Positions 59,901 to 64,000 of a DNA stretch of 64,000 nt are shown one piece after another (position 1 is the first letter of the stretch; every line of letters starts with the position of its first letter). Made by a program: the position numbers and the translations under genes. Below the pieces are notes generated by a model. It saw nothing but the letters and a program-made list of their open reading frames with translations. It ran no database searches and was not told the DNA's origin. The DNA is taken from the IMG/VR virus record IMGVR_UViG_3300034102_003113; one strand, 5' to 3'. Source of the stretch: a virus.

Positions 59901-59908
59901 CTTTAAAC
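59901..59908 (-). promoter_or_regulatory. GTTTAAAG putative late promoter
   Basis: 28 nt upstream of ATG 59872. Confidence 0.6.
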
Positions 59909-59988
59909 TCTGGAGTTAAAGCGAGCGCCCAGCGCCAGCGCCCGAAAGTAACTATTACTTTTTACTCTTACTTTTCACCAACCAACTA

Positions 59989-59997
59989 TGATATAAT
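59989..59997 (+). promoter_or_regulatory. Extended -10 sigma70-type promoter
   Basis: TGATATAAT (TGnTATAAT) 25 nt upstream of ATG 60023. Confidence 0.55.
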
Positions 59998-60022
59998 ATT
60001 TTTGTATAAATCTCAGAGAAGC

Positions 60023-60586
60023 ATGTTTCCTCAAACCATTGTAGTCCTTGGAGCCGATCGAGTTGGCAAATCCACCATCGTAGAAAACACCAAGAACGAT
60101 CTGATCTCTCGGGATATTTGCGTCCGCTCATTGCATTTCTCTGGTCCTCAGCCCCATCATCACACTCCTATTCAGCAATATATCGATCCGTTCCAATCTG
60201 CACTTGATCAAGAAGCCCAAGTAGTTATCTGTGATCGTGGGTTTTCAGAAGTATGTTTTTATGAGAAGTTTCGTCGTCATATCGAGATCTCCGAAGAATG
60301 GGCCAATTCCGCTGAGTCGTTCTTCTCGGCATATAGTCAGAGCATTAAAGTCTTTCTTGTAGAGCGGACTTGGGAATGGAGTCTTCCTTTCCATATTATC
60401 GAGATCAATACTCTCTATCCTGAGTGTTCAGATTATTATCTTGAGATGCAACTCAAAGCCCGCTATAAGGAACACGTAGAGTATTATGCCTATATGAGAG
60501 ACTATCTTGCAAATCGTTCCCTGCTTTCGGATATCCAGATCATTGCTCCTACCTCAAGGCATTTCTCTCTGGCAGATGTGGTTTAA
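60023..60586 (+). CDS. Thymidylate/dNMP kinase-like P-loop protein
   Basis: IVVLGADRVGKST Walker A and VICDRG motif. ATG 60023 is preferred over TTG 60002. Confidence 0.7.
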   Translation: MFPQTIVVLGADRVGKSTIVENTKNDLISRDICVRSLHFSGPQPHHHTPIQQYIDPFQSALDQEAQVVICDRGFSEVCFYEKFRRHIEISEEWANSAESFFSAYSQSIKVFLVERTWEWSLPFHIIEINTLYPECSDYYLEMQLKARYKEHVEYYAYMRDYLANRSLLSDIQIIAPTSRHFSLADVV

Positions 60587-60588
60587 AG
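60581..60588 (+). promoter_or_regulatory. GTTTAAAG putative late promoter
   Basis: Overlaps the kinase stop codon, 31 nt upstream of ATG 60620. Confidence 0.6.
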
Positions 60589-60619
60589 ATTATTGATTAG
60601 ATATAGGAATATTACCCCT

Positions 60620-61339
60620 ATGGCAACCGTACTTAACACCGGTCTTCACCGCAAGATCGGTATGGAGTTTGAATACAAAATCTCCTTTCAAGAGTTCCTA
60701 ACAGAAGCAATTGCTTCTCCGTTAGTATCTGCGTATAACTCAGGATCCAACACCCCGACTGCTCGTACAAACGCTAAAAACAAGTTCGTGGCCTGTGGTC
60801 CCTCGATGGGCTTTGAGGCTAAGAAATTTGCTTACGCTACCCTAGAGTTGGTTGTGGGTGCCCTGGCAGCCAATGCAAATGTCCCCGCTGCTGATAAGAC
60901 TGTTCTCAATGACCAACTTGTAAACATCACACGTTATGTGGGTATCGCGGGAGACGGAGACTTCCACTTCATGGTAGCTACCTTCAACCTTGCCGAAGCA
61001 ATCTCAGGCGTAGTTGCTGAAGTCGTCCCTGCTCCTCAGGCTCCTGTTGGCGCTATTGCAACCCTAGAACTCATTGATGAGGGCAGTGGTTATACCGATG
61101 GTACTGATGGTAATGGAACCATTAACGTTACGTTCCGTTCAACAGAGTCAACAAACCCTGCTGGATATACTAACGCAACTGGTACTGTCTCCATTGCAAC
61201 TGGTGAGGTTATCACAATCGATTCTATTGCCACTGGAGGCGTAGGATTCAAGGATGGTCAGATCGTATCTATTAACCCCGTCGCTCCTGGCACTAACGGT
61301 GGTACATTAGGCATGGCTGTCGTGCTTTCCGTCGCTTGA
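60620..61339 (+). CDS. Virion structural protein
   Basis: C-terminal GAI..L...GSGY and GEV...I..GG.GF..G repeats. ATG 60620 lies downstream of the promoter motif. Confidence 0.7.
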   Translation: MATVLNTGLHRKIGMEFEYKISFQEFLTEAIASPLVSAYNSGSNTPTARTNAKNKFVACGPSMGFEAKKFAYATLELVVGALAANANVPAADKTVLNDQLVNITRYVGIAGDGDFHFMVATFNLAEAISGVVAEVVPAPQAPVGAIATLELIDEGSGYTDGTDGNGTINVTFRSTESTNPAGYTNATGTVSIATGEVITIDSIATGGVGFKDGQIVSINPVAPGTNGGTLGMAVVLSVA

Positions 61340-61345
61340 TAAGAT

Positions 61346-64000
61346 GTGTCTAGTCTGTATCGTTGCCGAGCCAGAGTAGCTTATAAGCCTTTCAATTCTG
61401 AGAGGCTTATTGTCTTTGAGGAAAAACAGATCCAAGAGATGAGCGTAAAGCTCAAATGGAACAATACGTTCCCCTCAATGAACTCTCAGGGTACTAACTC
61501 AGCCGATGCCTACACATCTGGAATAAGTCAATCTACCTGCCAAGTAACCATCTCAGATCCTTATCTGACAGGGGCCGCTTGGCCAGCATTATTTGACGCT
61601 GCCTCAATGTGGTCGGCGTCTAATACCGCTCAGACAAATAACATTATTCTTCCTCCTTGTGGGGAGAACCAGGATCCTGTAAGAGATAAGTGCTTTCGTT
61701 ACGCTTCGATAGACGATAGCGCTCTTATCAACTCTGATGGTACCTCTAGAGAACTTTCTAGTACCTTCGCCCATATCATAATTTCATTATGGTACGAGGT
61801 TAATGGAACATCGTTCGGATCCGATTATTACTTCAGAGTAAATAGAATCAGTGTTAATCATGGGGCTAATTACCCCTCGGTTACGTTGGCCGGTACTGAA
61901 CCAAAAGCAGTTGTCTTCAATCAAAATCTTATCAATGTAAAATTTGATGAAGGAATGTCTGTTGAGGAAGCATTAAAGAAAATTGCTGAAGAAAGCGGAT
62001 ATAAAGCAAGTTTCTGTGTTCCACCTGGCGAAAAAACAACTGATCCATACATCCTCCCACGCTCAATTATCTATAAAGGCGTAACGCCTGATGAGGCGAT
62101 GAAAAAACTCATCGGAGCGACAGGAGGATCTATGCTCTCCCTCCCAGTCAAAGAATTTGGAAATCGAGTGAGCATATGTACTCGAGGCGAGATTACTCAG
62201 AGCTGCACTGTGTTCTATCTAGGTAAAGGACTCTATGAGTCATACCAGATTGATGGCGAACCGCCTGTCACGTTTGCTGCAAGAAACACTCAGAGTGGCG
62301 CAAGTATTAATAATGGCGATCCATACACCTCGGCAAGTTTTGCAGCGGAAAAATACTCTATAAAAGAAGTTATCAAAGAGAAAAGAATCAAAGCCCTAGA
62401 GCAGGTTAAAAAGGTAACTTTCCCAGATCTTTTTAAATCATGTGATAAGAGATGCCAAGGACCACTGTCCGATGGGTATGGATGGTCTGGCGCTGGTCCT
62501 AGTATTGAGAATAAAAGATACATTAAGACAAACTTTTATGGCATAGCACCTAACGGCACTCAGGCTATTTCCTATCTTCCTGGCAAGGTGGAGAGCGCAT
62601 CGGAGGATGAGGGGAAAGTTGTTATTAAGACAGAGTTCTGGTTTCAGGTGTGCAAAGAGGATAAATCAGAAAAATGCTTTGGCCGGTATATCTACCAAGA
62701 GTCGACAAACCTCTCCGATGTTAAAGTAAAGCGCGGAGATGAGGTTAAGATCTCTCAGGCTATCGGCTCATCTACAACAGATAAAAAAGAACTAACCAGG
62801 TTTTATATCCAAGGTCATAGTAATGAATTTACTACCATAGACCCACAGCTTATCTGGAATTGGGCATCACCTGCTGAAACTGCAGCGGATTTTCAAAATA
62901 AAGATGCTCCTTCCTCAACTCCTACTGGACAGACCCCACCACCATCAAACCAATCTACATCTGGAAGTTTATTAGTAGGCAGAGTAGGATCAACTGGGTC
63001 CTCAACTGGTCCTCATCTTCATGCAGAAAAATTTCCCCAAGGACAAACTGGAGGCCGTGGACAACGCATAGTATCTGCTGATGTAGACCCCTATGTATCC
63101 ATCGGTGGCACTCCAGCTAGTACTTGGGGAGTTTATTCTCCATATGGTCCTAGGTCTGGAGGAATGCATTATGGTATAGATTTTTCAGGACCGGGACCTG
63201 GAGGGAAGAACATAAATAGCCAACCAGTTACTGTAACTGGAGGCGCAAAGATACTAAAAACAGGATATGATGGGGGGTATGGTAACTTTGTTGAAATACG
63301 TACGCCTGCCGGATACGACTTACTTTTAGCCCACCTTCAAGACCAATCAATTCCTCCTAATTTACCTAGTTTGACTAGTTCCGACTCGGCGGGCAATACT
63401 GAGCCCACTATTGCAACGGCCCCGGCCAATAAGGCACTGACCATTGAAACTTCATTTAAGGGCGTACCACGTGCTCTTCGGATTACACCTGGTAGAACCA
63501 TTCTGTCTTTTATCACTGATTATGATAAGTGGGTGGAGAATGGCGGGCCACGTGGCCAGGATCCATCCACCGATCCCGGCGTATGGTTGCCTTCAAGGTT
63601 TAGGAACTGGTTTGTTGGAGAGGTCGAGTTTGTCTGGAGGCAAGGAGACCTTAGGGTTAATATTGAGGCAAATAACGCTTGGGGTAATAGCGTTATTTTT
63701 GCCCCCACTTTCCCCGATTATCTACAAGGACAGCAGGGCACTGGCGAGTTTGAAATTACAAAAGACTATTATGGGTATATAAGATCCATAGGTGATTTAT
63801 GCTTCCCAATAAAAAATAAAGATGGGAAGATGACTAACTCATGTAAAGAACTTTGCAAAGAGGCTCAGGAATTTTATAAGAAGTATGGTTCTGGGGAAGG
63901 AAGTACAGACACCACCACATCTGCCTCTGGAGATGGCGGAGCGGGGTCTCAGACGGGGTTCCCTGTTGCTAAATGTCAATACACAGGGACGAAATACGAC
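61346..64000 (+). CDS. Baseplate hub (late control D-like) protein with M23 peptidase domains, runs off the window edge
   Basis: Not in the ORF track. GTG 61346 opens a frame that is in register at every point I checked through to the window end. Hub-like CQVTISDP, EALKKIAEESGY and FKGVPRALRITPGRTI segments; M23 motifs GSTGSSTGPHLH, HYGID and GYGNFVEI...AHL. Confidence 0.75.
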   Translation, partial: MSSLYRCRARVAYKPFNSERLIVFEEKQIQEMSVKLKWNNTFPSMNSQGTNSADAYTSGISQSTCQVTISDPYLTGAAWPALFDAASMWSASNTAQTNNIILPPCGENQDPVRDKCFRYASIDDSALINSDGTSRELSSTFAHIIISLWYEVNGTSFGSDYYFRVNRISVNHGANYPSVTLAGTEPKAVVFNQNLINVKFDEGMSVEEALKKIAEESGYKASFCVPPGEKTTDPYILPRSIIYKGVTPDEAMKKLIGATGGSMLSLPVKEFGNRVSICTRGEITQSCTVFYLGKGLYESYQIDGEPPVTFAARNTQSGASINNGDPYTSASFAAEKYSIKEVIKEKRIKALEQVKKVTFPDLFKSCDKRCQGPLSDGYGWSGAGPSIENKRYIKTNFYGIAPNGTQAISYLPGKVESASEDEGKVVIKTEFWFQVCKEDKSEKCFGRYIYQESTNLSDVKVKRGDEVKISQAIGSSTTDKKELTRFYIQGHSNEFTTIDPQLIWNWASPAETAADFQNKDAPSSTPTGQTPPPSNQSTSGSLLVGRVGSTGSSTGPHLHAEKFPQGQTGGRGQRIVSADVDPYVSIGGTPASTWGVYSPYGPRSGGMHYGIDFSGPGPGGKNINSQPVTVTGGAKILKTGYDGGYGNFVEIRTPAGYDLLLAHLQDQSIPPNLPSLTSSDSAGNTEPTIATAPANKALTIETSFKGVPRALRITPGRTILSFITDYDKWVENGGPRGQDPSTDPGVWLPSRFRNWFVGEVEFVWRQGDLRVNIEANNAWGNSVIFAPTFPDYLQGQQGTGEFEITKDYYGYIRSIGDLCFPIKNKDGKMTNSCKELCKEAQEFYKKYGSGEGSTDTTTSASGDGGAGSQTGFPVAKCQYTGTKYD

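Noticed and set aside
60593-60619. Track TTG start for 60593..61339
   Set aside because: It lies only 4 nt after the promoter motif. ATG 60620 fits the usual spacing.
1725-63782. Many short antisense or alternate-frame ORFs in the track (e.g. 5748..6227, 8045..8488, 24404..24781, 62290..62523, 63444..63782)
   Set aside because: They are nested within long, motif-bearing genes and look like shadow ORFs. 62290, 63444 and 63520 lie within the unlisted gene starting at 61346.

Overview
This window is part of a large tailed dsDNA phage genome, most likely a myovirus. It is almost entirely virion-morphogenesis genes: a DUF935/Mu-gp29-like portal, a T4-gp19-like tail tube, about 30 kb of tail-fibre and receptor-binding genes (GNVGIGT-repeat fibres, LamG and carbohydrate-binding proteins, a Gly-rich protein), a beta-helix tailspike, large structural proteins with LRR or PA14 domains, and a truncated baseplate-hub-like gene carrying M23 peptidase motifs. 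Accessory genes are phoH, a dNMP/thymidylate-kinase-like gene, a 2OG-Fe(II) oxygenase and a sulfotransferase-like P-loop protein. The gene content points to a cyanobacterial host, but this is inference. No terminase, major capsid, sheath, integrase, tRNA, CRISPR array or reverse transcriptase was recognised. Main observations: (1) an oriented GTTTAAAG motif 22-42 nt upstream of most transcription-unit starts, a candidate non-T4 late promoter; (2) three fibre genes built as in-frame arrays of about 30-nt conserved repeats separated by unique 200-330-nt modules, with an exact 18-mer shared by all three genes; (3) a multi-stem RNA with a uORF and terminator in the phoH leader; (4) three LamG paralogs, each with a different domain inserted at the same site; (5) a circularly permuted M23 peptidase inside the hub protein. 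All family assignments come from motif recognition by eye; no searches were run.
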